From Phaeosaccion multiseriatum (taxonomy: Eukaryota > Protista > Ochrophyta, other classes), in NCBI GenBank assembly GCA_965112735.1, contig OZ218951.1, positions 3,968,001 through 4,032,000 on the forward strand: DNA of 64,000 nt. Direction: 5' to 3'. Positions within the stretch are counted from its first letter, which is position 1. Each line of letters starts with the position of its first letter. The notes under the pieces are model-generated. The model was given only the letters and a program-made list of their open reading frames with translations. It made no database searches and was not told where the DNA came from. Both the position numbers and the translations under genes were made by a program. Of this stretch, positions 52,405-63,299 are shown in pieces.

Positions 52405-54180
52405 TGTGTGCGCACCACCCAACCAGCGCCGTATGGTGTGCGATGAGATGGCAAGGGGGGGAGGGGGAATGGGTGGATACTTCAGGTACTTGAGGTGTTT
52501 GTCTTGGGGACAGGCAACAAGAGGCGAGAGATGTACGTATTCGGCTCGTCAAAGAAGAGCATAGGAGCAAGGCCGAGGGTAGACAGATGAACAGACAGAC
52601 AGACAAGCTGTTAAGACAGACAGACAGGTAGGTAGACAGCCAGCCAGTAGACAGACAGACTGACAGATAGACAGACAGGTAAGACACACAGACAGGTAGA
52701 CAGACAGACAAATAGACAGACAGACAGATAGACAGACAGGCAGATAGACAGACAGGCAGATAGACAGACTGAAAGATAGACAGACAGACAGACAGACAGA
52801 CAGTCAGACAGGCCAGTAGACAGACTGACAGCAGAAAGACAAGCAGGCAGGTAGACAGACTGACAGCCAGACGGACAGACAGACAGACAGGGAGGAATGC
52901 AGATGTACAGGCCGGCTTACAGGCAGAGAGACTGGCACAGGCTGGCTGCTGCCCACCTTACTTCCCCCCTGTGTATCTGTACGCCCTGAAGGCAGACCGA
53001 CCATCCCTCCCCCTCCCCCTCCCATCCACCTCTCTCCCTCCACTCCCTCCCTCCCTCCTCTCCCTCCCTACCTGCTTGGCAATCCAGGCGGTCTTGGGTT
53101 GCCGGTCGAATACCGGTGCGAGAGAGGGGATGGTGTCCGCTATAGACTCCAAGAAGACGGACTTGTGAGGGTCCTTGCGGCGGGCCTCAGCCACGAGCAT
53201 GTCCGCTGCCTCTGCGCCGGTCTTGAACTGCTGGTCACCCTGTTCATTCATTCAGTCAGTCAGTCGGTCAGTCAGTCAGTCAGTCGGTCAGTCAGTCGGT
53301 CAGTCAGTCAGTCAGTCAGGCAGGCAGGCAGGCAGTCAGTCAGGCAGTCAGCAAGCCAGGCAGGCAGGCAGTCAGCCTTCCTTTCGCTGCGCCGTCGTTC
53401 TCCCACCGTTAGGAACGCAAAGAACAGAACTGGAAGGAGAGATAGAAATGTGTCCCGTGGCCAAAGGACGATTTCAGGAGCAAATCATCGGTCCAAGGAA
53501 TGGGGGGGGGGGGGGTAGAGCGCTACAACACACTCAAAAAGGCTGAAGCATCAATAACTGGAGAGGCAAAGGGCAGCGATGCCAGTAAGGGCGGGCCACG
53601 CCAATAGGTCTGACATACAGGGCGAGTGTCCATCAACTGCCACGATACAGGGCAAGCCGTCGGGGAAAGCAAAACAGCTGCTGCTCCACTACGCCTCAAA
53701 CACGGACTAGCAGGAAGCAGAGCAAAGCTCCAGCAAACGAGTACACCAGGCGCTTCCTCCACTGACCTGTCGTCTAAAAAGAGGCTTATTTCTCCATGTT
53801 TTCTGGCGCGGGGGGAGAGGACGGAGAAGCGAGAGCAGAGGTAGCAGAAGGAGCGAGATGGCAGGCGTAAGAAGAAAAGCGGCAGATGGAGAAAGGAGCA
53901 ACAGCAAAAGCACCACAAACTTCTTAACATAGGCACTGCCACTTACCCCACTGAGTTTGGTGTTACCGTGCACCCCGCCGAACTGGTAGAGGGGAGACAG
54001 GTTGTCCACTGACACCTTGAGAGAGGAGGGTGTCGCATGAAAGCTCCTTCCTTCACCTCGGCCGGTCACCGCTGCTGCCCGGACCAGCCCTTGTCCACCA
54101 CCACTCTGCACCCCTCTCCGCGCTACTGCTGCTAGCGCTCCACGGGCTGCCGCCTTTGTGGGCGTGCAGAGGACTGTCAT
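49425..54180 (-). CDS. NADP-glutamate dehydrogenase-like protein (GdhA fold) with degenerate active site, multi-exon
   Basis: IEPERAIQFRVAWLDD, NR|GFRVQYSSALGPY, DFNPHDKSEAEIQRFCQSFMTEL, EIGYLYGQYKRI, GKRCLVTGSGKVA, VIEGGNQP, GADIAGFRRVAEVMLTHGAV*. R/A-rich presequence. Includes a 36-nt exon at 53802-53767. Confidence 0.9.
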
Positions 54181-54268
54181 GATGAAGAAAATATAGTGGG
54201 GGAAGGGAAAAAAAAAGGAGGAGCCTTGTCCTAAGCAATTTGGTTCGAAAGTTATTAAAAGTCACTCG

Positions 54269-54500
54269 CTATCGACCCCTACTCCACACACACACATTCA
54301 CACACATTCTCATAGCGCCTATCGGGCCCCGGCGATAGGCGATAGCGGATAGCGTGCCGGCTGGCGCCGGCCGAGCGGATAGCGCGCCGGCTGGCGGATA
54401 GCACGCCCCAACAACCCCCCCCCCCCAAAGCCGGCTGGCGCCGGCGATGGCGGGCGATAGCGGATAGTGTATCAGGGGTCGACCCTGACGCGCTACATGT
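54269..54500. repeat. Cluster of palindromic GATAGCG/CGCTATC repeats with TCGACCCCT...AGGGGTCGA ends
   Basis: Same motifs as 55012-55126. Confidence 0.75.
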
Positions 54501-54680
54501 ATTGAGCTGTCGCTATTGCCGGCGTCAGCCGGAACGCTATCAGCTATTCGTCGGCGCAGCGGACGAGCTACCAGCTGCGCCAGCCGGCACGGCATCAGCT
54601 ATTCCCCTCCCAAACCTGCCCCTTCATCTGTTGGACTACTGCGCCCGGCGGGGGGGAGGGGTGGCGCCAGCAGCCGACAC

Positions 54681-54950
54681 GCTATCAGCTATTGATGTGC
54701 GCCAATAGCGCAGCTATCAGCTATTGATGTGTGCCAATAGCGCAGCTATCAGCTATTGATGTGTGCCAATAGCGCAGCTATCAGCTATTGATGTGCGCCA
54801 ATAGCGCAGCTATCAGCTATTGATGTGTGCCAATAGCGCAGCTATCAGCTATTGATGTGTGACAATAGCGCAGCTATCAGCTGTTGATGTGTGCCAATAG
54901 CGCAGCTATCAGCTATTGATGTGTGCCAATAGCGCAGCTATCAGCTGTTG
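54681..54950. repeat. 32-bp tandem repeat (GCTATCAGCTATTGATGTGTGCCAATAGCGCA)n, about 8.5 copies
   Basis: Directly visible; each unit contains the stem GCTATTG/CAATAGC; no unique spacers. Confidence 0.95.
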
Positions 54951-55011
54951 GGCCTTTCTTCCAAGCCGACCCGCTATCAGCTGTTGGGCTCGAAGGGCCA
55001 AGGCTAGCCAA

Positions 55012-55126
55012 TCGACCCCTGACACGCTATCGCCCACTTTCTCGATAGCGCGCTATCGGCCGCCGGCTGATAGCGGATAGCGCGCCGGCTGGCGCCGGCG
55101 ATAGCGGATAGCGTGTCAGGGGTCGA
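55012..55126. mobile_element. 115-bp MITE-like element with perfect 20-bp terminal inverted repeats
   Basis: TCGACCCCTGACACGCTATC (55012-55031) and GATAGCGTGTCAGGGGTCGA (55107-55126); related copies at 37975 and 54269. Confidence 0.75.
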
Positions 55127-55401
55127 CTTGCTCCCTCTCTGCAGATCTGAAAAGATCGAAAGAAGGCAGCAGGAGCCCCCCTTCCCCCCACCTGAGGGGC
55201 CCCGCGACGGGATGATGCGGATGAAGACTTCCGCAGTGGGGACACTTGTCACCCCCTTGCGTGTCCGCCTACAATCCCGCTGTCTCCATGAGCCAGCCGC
55301 ACTTCCTCCTCGCTCCCTCGTCTCGCTCTTCACCCGCCGGCCTTCTCTGCTTGCTTCCCCTCACCGCTCCTCGCCCCCTCTTCTCACTCTTCTTCTCTTC
55401 T

Positions 55402-56915
55402 TCATCCGTCGGCCTCATCTGCTGCTTCCCCTTCCCCTTCACCCTCCTCTTCCCCTTCACCTTCCCAGTCCACTTCCTGGACCATCGGCGCCCCGCCCTC
55501 TCTGAGCCACTCCTCATCCCAATCCATAATGAGGTCTTGCCTATCCGAGCCTTGGAACGGATCCACAGGCATGGGTCTAGGGGCGTCTCCCTTTCGAAGG
55601 CTGCGAATGGCTCCGTTGAAGGCCTTGAGCTCCGCACTGAGGGGACAAGGGCAAGGGGTGGGGGGTTCAATCAGGATGGGTATAGCGACGCTGAGACAGA
55701 CACACACAGATGGATACCCAAACCCTCTTATCGCAGGAGGTGTGGAGTGTCAAACCTGTGGTCAAACCAAAGCCACAGCCACAAGTACCAATCAGGGGCG
55801 GTGCAGGCTCCCGTGAGGGTCAGTCACCCTCCCCCCTCCACCCAACCTCCTGCGGTATTAAGTCAATAAAGTCACCTCCTGCGGTACAGCGTGCAACCAT
55901 GCAACACCCACCGTCCGGCCCTTTCTCTTCCTTCCTTCCTTCCTTCCTTCCTTCAATCAGTGCCTCCTTTCCCTATTTCTATCTCTCTCTCTCTGTCCCT
56001 CACCTCCTCCCTCCGTACACCTCTCCGATCTGCTCTCTGCAGCACTGCGTACTGAAGTTGTCCATGTCCTCCACGGGCACCCCGAACATGTCATTGAAGG
56101 TGAAAGGCGTCACTCGGCAGAAGCGTGGCCGCTCCTCGTAGATGGTGCATGCTCTGAGGGGATGCACACACATAGACATGACAGCACAAAGCAGGGAGTA
56201 GCAAAAATCAGCAGCACAAAAGAAAATGCATTGTCTTAAAGGCATGGGCAAGGACAGGACAAGAGGAGGCTCTCGCTCACCAAAGACGCGCCGTCTTCCT
56301 TCCACCTTCTCCTTCCATCGAGACTTGGACTTAAGAGCGACTTTGGAACGCGCGACAGACTCACCTCTTGTCTTTATCAAAGTGTTTGCACCACCCGTCC
56401 TCCTGCTCCATGGACTTGTACAGCTCAAACTCGTCCTCAGTCAGGTAGTCCGCCAAGTCGGGCCGCTGCTCCGCCTTGAGGAAGCAGCACGCCCCACAGT
56501 TCTTTATGCACGCCCACTCGCTGCTGCGCTTCAGCACCTGCGGCTGCACAGCCTCCACACGCGCCCTCTCCCTCTCCTCCCCCTTGGAGGAAGCGGGGGG
56601 TGCCTTCCTCTTCAACCCTTTGCGCCGAGTATTGCGCGACCCGAATCCTGCCCCCGACCCCACCTCGCTATCCTCAGACCCTGGAATCTTTGGATTCAGC
56701 GCGAGCATCGCCGTTGCTTGCCTATGGGCATTGGTTGTTCGTTGGCCCCACCACAGCCGCTGCTGCACTGGCCGTACATGCACCCACGCCGCTAATGGAA
56801 GCGGCTGAGACTGAACCAGTAAAAAGAGCAAGCCCTGGCTAAGGTGGCCACTGCCTACTGCTGCTGCTGCTGTCGCGGCAGTAGCCAGTCTACTCCTCTT
56901 CCTGCTAGCAGCCAT
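55402..56915 (-). CDS. YkgJ/UPF0153 family CxxCxxCC cysteine-cluster protein, probably plastid-targeted, 3 exons
   Basis: WACIKNCGACC...DGWCKHFDKDKR|ACTIYEERPRFCRV...QCCREQIGEVYGG|SAELKAFN, with a long N-terminal leader containing a hydrophobic stretch. Confidence 0.8.
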
Positions 56916-57207
56916 CAGAAATAAAAGTGGAGGCGGAAGAAGGGAAGCACAGTAAGTCAATTATGGTTTTTAACAGCCCGTCGACCATCGCCTATGGCCT
57001 TACCTGCCCTTCCCCCCCCCCCGAGGGTAGCAACCATGGGAGTAGGCAGAGGTTGCAGGGGGGAACTGGGGGCGCCCCCGCCGTCAACGTTCAAAGAAAT
57101 GGAGCCCACACACGAGACACCGCATCCCACGCGTTGTCCAGTCCAACCACCCCACCTGGACGCAAAGGGAGCAAAGCTCGAAGGCCAGAGCCCAGCCTGA
57201 GTGGGAG

Positions 57208-58560
57208 GTGGTCCTCCACAAGAGGTCTCGAAAGGCGCTCGACAAAGCAGCGAGGGCTTCAGGCAGAAGACAAAGCAACCAGCAGAATGTGACAGGGCCT
57301 GAGCCCAGCCCAGTTCAGAGGAGAGCAGTCAACCTCGCGAGCAAATATGGGGCAATTGAGGTCCCAGTGGCCATGAACGGGGCCTGTCTAGTGCTATCCC
57401 TCAACCTCCATGAACAGCATATGAGTGGTGACATCATCCCGGAGGCAATGACCACCTACACGATCGCCGCCCCCTACGACCTCCCCAAGGCAGACCTCAT
57501 GCTCCTTCGACATTCTCTGGCCAATACCCTCCGTCACTCCTCAGCACAGGTGATGGAAGAGCACCGGGCGGCTCTGGCACAGATGGGTGACCCCCACGCT
57601 CACGGGCAACCAGTGGAGCATGTGGCCCAGCAGCTGGAAACCACATGAGCACTGAGCAAGCCCAAGCAAGGGGCCTTCGGGAATACCAAACCGCCTTGAA
57701 CGAAGGAGCCCTCAACGAGGAGGAATGTGCTCCTCAACCCGCAGCCCCGAGTAGACAGTGGCCACTACAACTATATCAGCATCGCGGACTACGCAGCTCC
57801 AGTCAGCGATGCTGATATAGTTGTAGTGACCACTGTCTACTCGGGGCTGCGGGTTGAGGAGCCGGGCTCGGTCAAAGCCAAGTCTTCGCCGAATGGCACT
57901 CTTGTGCTCGGCGTCTGTGAGGTGGAGTGCTCCCCCTGCCTTCTTGGTCGGCTGAAGGTGGAGCCACGCACCAGCACCCGTCACGCTGTGGCTGAGGGAA
58001 CGGTCACCCCGCGACGAGGGAGAGGGGGGAGCCACGCCGTGAGGAGTGACGCCCACGTGGCCAAGCAGATGGAGATGGACATCGTGACTCCCCCCAGGAT
58101 GTTTGAGCTTCCGTCCGATGATGAATATGGCGACGGCCACAAGTCCCTCATGATCGACGTCACGCTCACAGATGCCACCAACACCATCAACCGGGCCAAG
58201 GCATCGAAGGAGGCACTCGCGGCAGCCAAGAAGGCTGAAGCCACCAAGCGCACCAGGTATGGTGTGCCACATGGCGGCATGGAGGGCCCGGGTGGAGCCA
58301 TCCACTATGACCCCACGAGGTATCATCTCGTCCCTTTTGGGATGGAGCAGCAAGGCGCTTTTGGTCCGTCAGCACAGATGTTTATCAAAACACTCGCCAC
58401 CCACATGGCCGGGGGGCTGATAGCCTCCGAGCCAGGGCAGTGACGACCCTTCCCGGAACAGCTCTCAGTAGCCTCCTAGAGGCCTACCGCTCACTCCAAG
58501 ATATGTGTGTATTGGACTAGTTGAGTAGAGTGTGTATATTCGCTAGACGTTGCTAATGTC
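57208..58560 (+). mobile_element. Decayed 3' fragment of a non-LTR retrotransposon with a restriction-like endonuclease domain
   Basis: TSTRHAVAE...MEMDIV...LMIDVTLTD...AEATKRTRY...LVPFGMEQQGAFGPSAQMFIKTL matches the RH...D...DVT...K..KY...P...E..G pattern of RLE-clade (R2/CRE/NeSL-like) C-termini. No RT motifs; frames are broken. Confidence 0.65.
57729..57862. repeat. 134-nt fold-back: about 62-bp arms with 2 mismatches and a 10-nt loop
   Basis: GCTCCTCAACCCGCAGCCCCGAGTAGACAGTGG...loop ACGCAGCTCC...CCACTGTCTACTCGGGGCTGCGGGTTGAGGAGC. Both strand ORFs read LLNPQPRVDSGHYNYISIAD. Confidence 0.95.
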
Positions 58561-58750
58561 TAATACTACCCCCTCAATGATGTCCTGTCCTCCCCCTTGT
58601 CCCAAATGTCCTGTTTCCCTTTTCCCTTTTCTCCTTTTGCCTACTCCACGGCCTTGTCACTGACCCGATAACCTCCCGCCCACCTTCCCGAATTAGACCG
58701 ATGTCGACCCTCTCGATACCCAAAGTCGATGTCCTGACCATACACCTACA

Positions 58751-58962
58751 GGGCACGAACATCTGGATATGCGAGCTTATGCGCGGGCTGTTTGCGTCAT
58801 TCGGCGGCGTCTAGCCGTTGCGCTCCAGCGGGCTCGATATGATAGATCGATTCGCCATAGGATCCTGGCTGGCATCAACTTTATGCCAATCGGGAGAACG
58901 CATCGGAGGGATACGACCTCGGGGACTAAGTTCCCCGGGGCGATGAGACATTACTTTTAGAC
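58751..58962 (+). repeat. About 210-bp dispersed repeat, copy 2
   Basis: Aligns with the reverse complement of 39676-39901. Confidence 0.9.
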
Positions 58963-58970
58963 AATCATAG

Positions 58971-60674
58971 ATGGCACTTAAGGGTGTAATATTACAAACA
59001 CCCCCTGGTTGCCCTTCCCCTTCCAGCTGTTCTATGAGGACCGTCACCGCACACGAGGGGGAGAGAGGTAGCAACAGTAATAGTGGAAACTACGGAGCGG
59101 TAGCAGACGTGGAGAGGGTTACCGGGCAAGACGAGGAGAGCTACCAGCTCGTGGAGAAAGGCGAGGACATCGATGAGGAGAGCATAAGTGAAGCTCGTAG
59201 TCTGCAGTACCATGAGCAGCGTGTGCAACAAGGATACGATATCGAGAATAGCAAGCGGTGGCAGACGGTGCAGCATGCACTACCCATGGCTTCCATCCTT
59301 GTTGGGTTGGGCACTTATCTCACCTGCAGAATACTCGCGAAGATCAATGGCGTCTTCCTGGGCGGCCTTCCGTGGCCATTCTTCAGGTGAGCATCCTCCT
59401 CCTCCTCCTCTCTCTCTCTCTCTCTCTCTCAGATGGAGTAGATCCTTCTCGGCTTGCTACAGCTCGTTTCTGTATCGGCCAGTCCCGCTGTTGCTTAGAA
59501 AAGTTGCTGGCCCGTGGCCGCGCGTATCTGTATGACTGCTGCTGCGTCTGTACTCACCTTGCCTGCATGCCGTATGTCTGTCTATCCCCTCTATCCGCCA
59601 CCCTACCTACATACCGCGCGTCCTGGCCCACAGCGACACCGGGAGGAGAGGAGACCCTGGATACCCAGTGTTCGTCGCAGGGCTGAGCGTGGAGGCCGTG
59701 TGCTACAGCGTTGCCTGGCTCATGATTTACACGCGTATGAACTCGTGGATGCACACCGTACGGGAGAAGGACCTGCTCGAGATCAGCAGCTGGTGTGGGG
59801 TCTTGGCCAAGGTCTCGGTCTGTTTCGGAGTGCTTGGTAAGAGAGAGCCTCTTGCCTCTTGCTTCTTGCTGGGCAGTCTTGTGGCCTGGCGTGAGTCAGA
59901 CTCTTGCCTCTTGCTGGGCATTCTTGTGGCCTGGCGTGAGTCACACTTTTGCCTCTTGCTGGGCAGTCTTGTGGCCTGGTGTGAGTCAGACTCTTGCCCT
60001 TGCTACTCGGGGGCGCTGTTTGCTGGCAGGGATCAACTTGCTCTTCCACATCGAATGTTGCTTTCCCCTCCGTCTTTCTTATTCCTCCTCTGCCTGCGCT
60101 CTCCCTGCGGCCCCTCTCCCTCTTTCTCCCCCTCTCTCTCCCTCTTTCTCTCTGCCCCTCTCTCTCACCCTTCAATCTCTCAGCTAGCCCGTTCCTTCCC
60201 ACCCTCGCGGTGTTTGATCTGTCGCACCACCCCACTGTCCACGAGTTTTCAGCCAACAGCTTCTTCAGCCTTAGTACTGTCGCGACCTTCTCTTGTGTAA
60301 GTCTAACCCTCTTTCGACGGGGCTGTCGTACAACCCTTCCTCAGGATAGCGCTGCATTTGTATGTCCTCTCTTCCTTCCGCCTCCTTGTCCTCACGCCCC
60401 CCTCTCGCCCTGCCCCCTCCTCCTTGACCTACCCACTCTAACTGGTGTGCGCCATACCCACGCATGCCCACTCATGCCCAACCTTCTGCCCACAGACACT
60501 GTTCTACTGGAAGCTCGCGTCGGCCTACCCCCGTAATGGCCCCCTTCGCTTGTCCAGGAATACCAAGGTGGGCGGGGCTCATGAGGGCGGGTGGGGGTTG
60601 AGGGACATACTTACGTACATACCTACACACATGCACACATACGTACATACACACATACATACATACTTACATAC

Positions 60675-60705
<31 letters not shown>

Positions 60706-61219
60706 CGTACATACATACATACATACGTACATACATACATACATACATACATACATACATACATACATACATACATACATACACACATGTACTTATACAT
60801 AGCCCTCCTTGATCTGCCGAATCCTAGAGTGATTGAGTGTACCCCGAGGTTACGAGGAGTGGCATGGCAGGCATTTTGTGGAGCATGAAACGGCCGCACA
60901 GCGCTCTTACCCTCCCCAATCGCCTCCCCATTGCCCTGTTGGTCTCTCCTTTCATCATCATCCTACGACAAACGTCTCACTGTGATTCCCTCGCTCTCTC
61001 GTGCACGATGCATGCATGAATGTGAAACGCCTTCCTGCATGAACTAGTTGGTGGTGAACGCGCTGTACACCGTCGGCTTCCTTGTGTACATTCCCGTGGG
61101 GAGCGCCTTCTCTTGCCCCGCCCGCCTGCTCTCCATGGAGGAGTGCAAGAACGCCTACGGACTGGGCGACAGGTGAGTGAGCATACAGCATAAGGGTTCT
61201 GTCTGTCTGTCTGTCTGTG

Positions 61220-61262
<43 letters not shown>

Positions 61263-62285
61263 CTGTCTGTCTTGTCGAGCCCAGCCCAGCAGGGAGGGGC
61301 TGGAGCTGACTTGGCGAGAGAAGAGTGCGGCGGCGCGAGGAATCGGGTCGGGGTGAGGGTCGAGAGAGTGCGGGCGTGTATGTGTGTTGCTTTTACTGGT
61401 GCTGGTGCGTGTGCCCTCCTCTCTCTATATATATCTCTCGTGGAGAAGTAGCCTCTAGCTCCCCGTCCCCTCCCATTCCACTGCCATCCACTGCCTTCCC
61501 CTTTGTGGCCCACACGTTCTAAGCTCTCTATCGTGTGTTCGTGTTCGTTTCACTGCACGGCACGGCACAACACTGCACGGCACTGCACTATATATTGCGC
61601 AGGTACTGCGAGACCATGGCCAAGAAGAGCCATCCTGAATGGACGGTGCTGTGGACGTACGAGGACTGCGTCAACATGTTCATGTTGAGGGCGGTGGGAC
61701 AGGTAAGCACAGCAGTCAAGCACAGCAGTCAAGCACAGCCGTCAAGCAGCAGGATGCCGGTCGACTTGCTTCGCTTGCCCAGCGAGAAGAGAAGTGAGAC
61801 TGTGATAGAAGGGGATGATGATGCTCCACATGATTCACGAGCTCCTCTGTTCGACTTAGGACAGGCGGGCGGGGGCGGGGGGGGGGGGGCGGCAGCAGCA
61901 GCGGAGTGAGAGAGATCCCCCTCTCGATGGCTTCTTCTCTCGCAGCATCACGCGCGCACACCCCCACACTGCCCACTGCCCACCGGCCACACACTCTCTC
62001 TATCTCTGGCCGTGTGCGGTCTGAAGAGTATCTTTCTTCTCGATTGCGTTGTGTGCATTCGTCTGGTGTAATTCTGTAGTCTTTCCGCGCTCCTTTTCGG
62101 TCATCTTCTGACCCACTCGATCCATTGCTTCCTCTCCGCAGTTCACGTGCATTATGAGCCTGCTCCTCTACGCGGCCACGTTTGCGCTGGTAAGTCTGGT
62201 ATCTGTCTGACTGTCAGTCTGACTGTCGATCAGCCTATCTGTCTGTCTGTCTGTATGTATGTCTGTCTGCCAGTCACTCTGTCTA

Positions 62286-62316
<31 letters not shown>

Positions 62317-62317
62317 T

Positions 62318-62364
<47 letters not shown>

Positions 62365-62381
62365 GCCTGTCTGCCAGTCAC

Positions 62382-62428
<47 letters not shown>

Positions 62429-62936
62429 GAATGTATGTCTGTCTGTCTGTCCGGCGCGTATCTGATCTGTTCTGTGGCCTGAGCTGCCTACTGCCTGCTG
62501 CCTGCTGCGCATCTGCCTGAGTAGGTAGAGTTTCGTTTGGAAGGCCAACGTGGTGCTCTGCTGGCCAACGTGGCGCTCTGAAGGCCAACGTGGTGCTCTG
62601 CTGGCCGGGGTTGTTGCCTGCTCAGCCCCATGCTTCTCCTCTCCGTGTTCTGTCCAACCAATGGCGTGAAGTGGAACCAAATGAAGCCCTCTCCCTTTAT
62701 CACCATACGTCCATTTCATCTCTTTGCACCACCCCCTCCCCCCCCCCCTCTCCCCCTCCCTGCTCCTCCAGGACTTGCGGTGTGAGCTCCAAACGCTCCG
62801 CAACACCCCACAGACAGTGGGCAAGATGCTGAGCCTTGCGCAGGAGAGGCGACGGGCGGTGTCAGCAGCCAAGAGGGCGGCCAAGCGGGAGGGAGGGGTG
62901 GCGACGCACGAGAATGGCACCTCGAACACGCCGTAG
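58971..62936 (+). CDS. Hypothetical multi-pass membrane protein, about 7 exons
   Basis: Coding-like exons near 58971-59386, 59681-about 59811, 60495-60567, 61049-61172, 61603-61702, 62143-62190 and 62773-62936 contain several hydrophobic segments. No family recognised; some junctions are uncertain. Confidence 0.55.
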
Positions 62937-63299
62937 CGAGCAGCAGGCGAACGCAAAAAGTGGAGACATCTGAGTGCTACTCGACACACGCACACGCACA
63001 CACACTCTCTCTCTCCATCTCATTGAAGTAATTGAGGCGAAAGACCCTCCCTCCCCCCTTCTCTTCCCTCCGTCTCTCTCTCGCCTCCCTCTCTCCCTCC
63101 CTCGATCCATCCCTCTATCCATCCCTCCCTCCCTCCCTCCCTCTCTCTCTCCCTCCTTCCCTCCCGGTGGGGGCTGCCGAAGCGGGCTCGATGGGAGGGG
63201 AGGCGGCACGCTCTTGACTTCGAGAAAGACTTTGTTTTTTTACCGCCTCCAGGGAGCGAGCGCTAACGCCGAGAAAGCTCCTTGACTGACACCCACCCC

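Noticed and set aside
54681-54950. CRISPR-like array of palindromic 32-bp repeats
   Set aside because: Units are directly adjacent with no unique spacers, there are no cas genes, and the context is eukaryotic.
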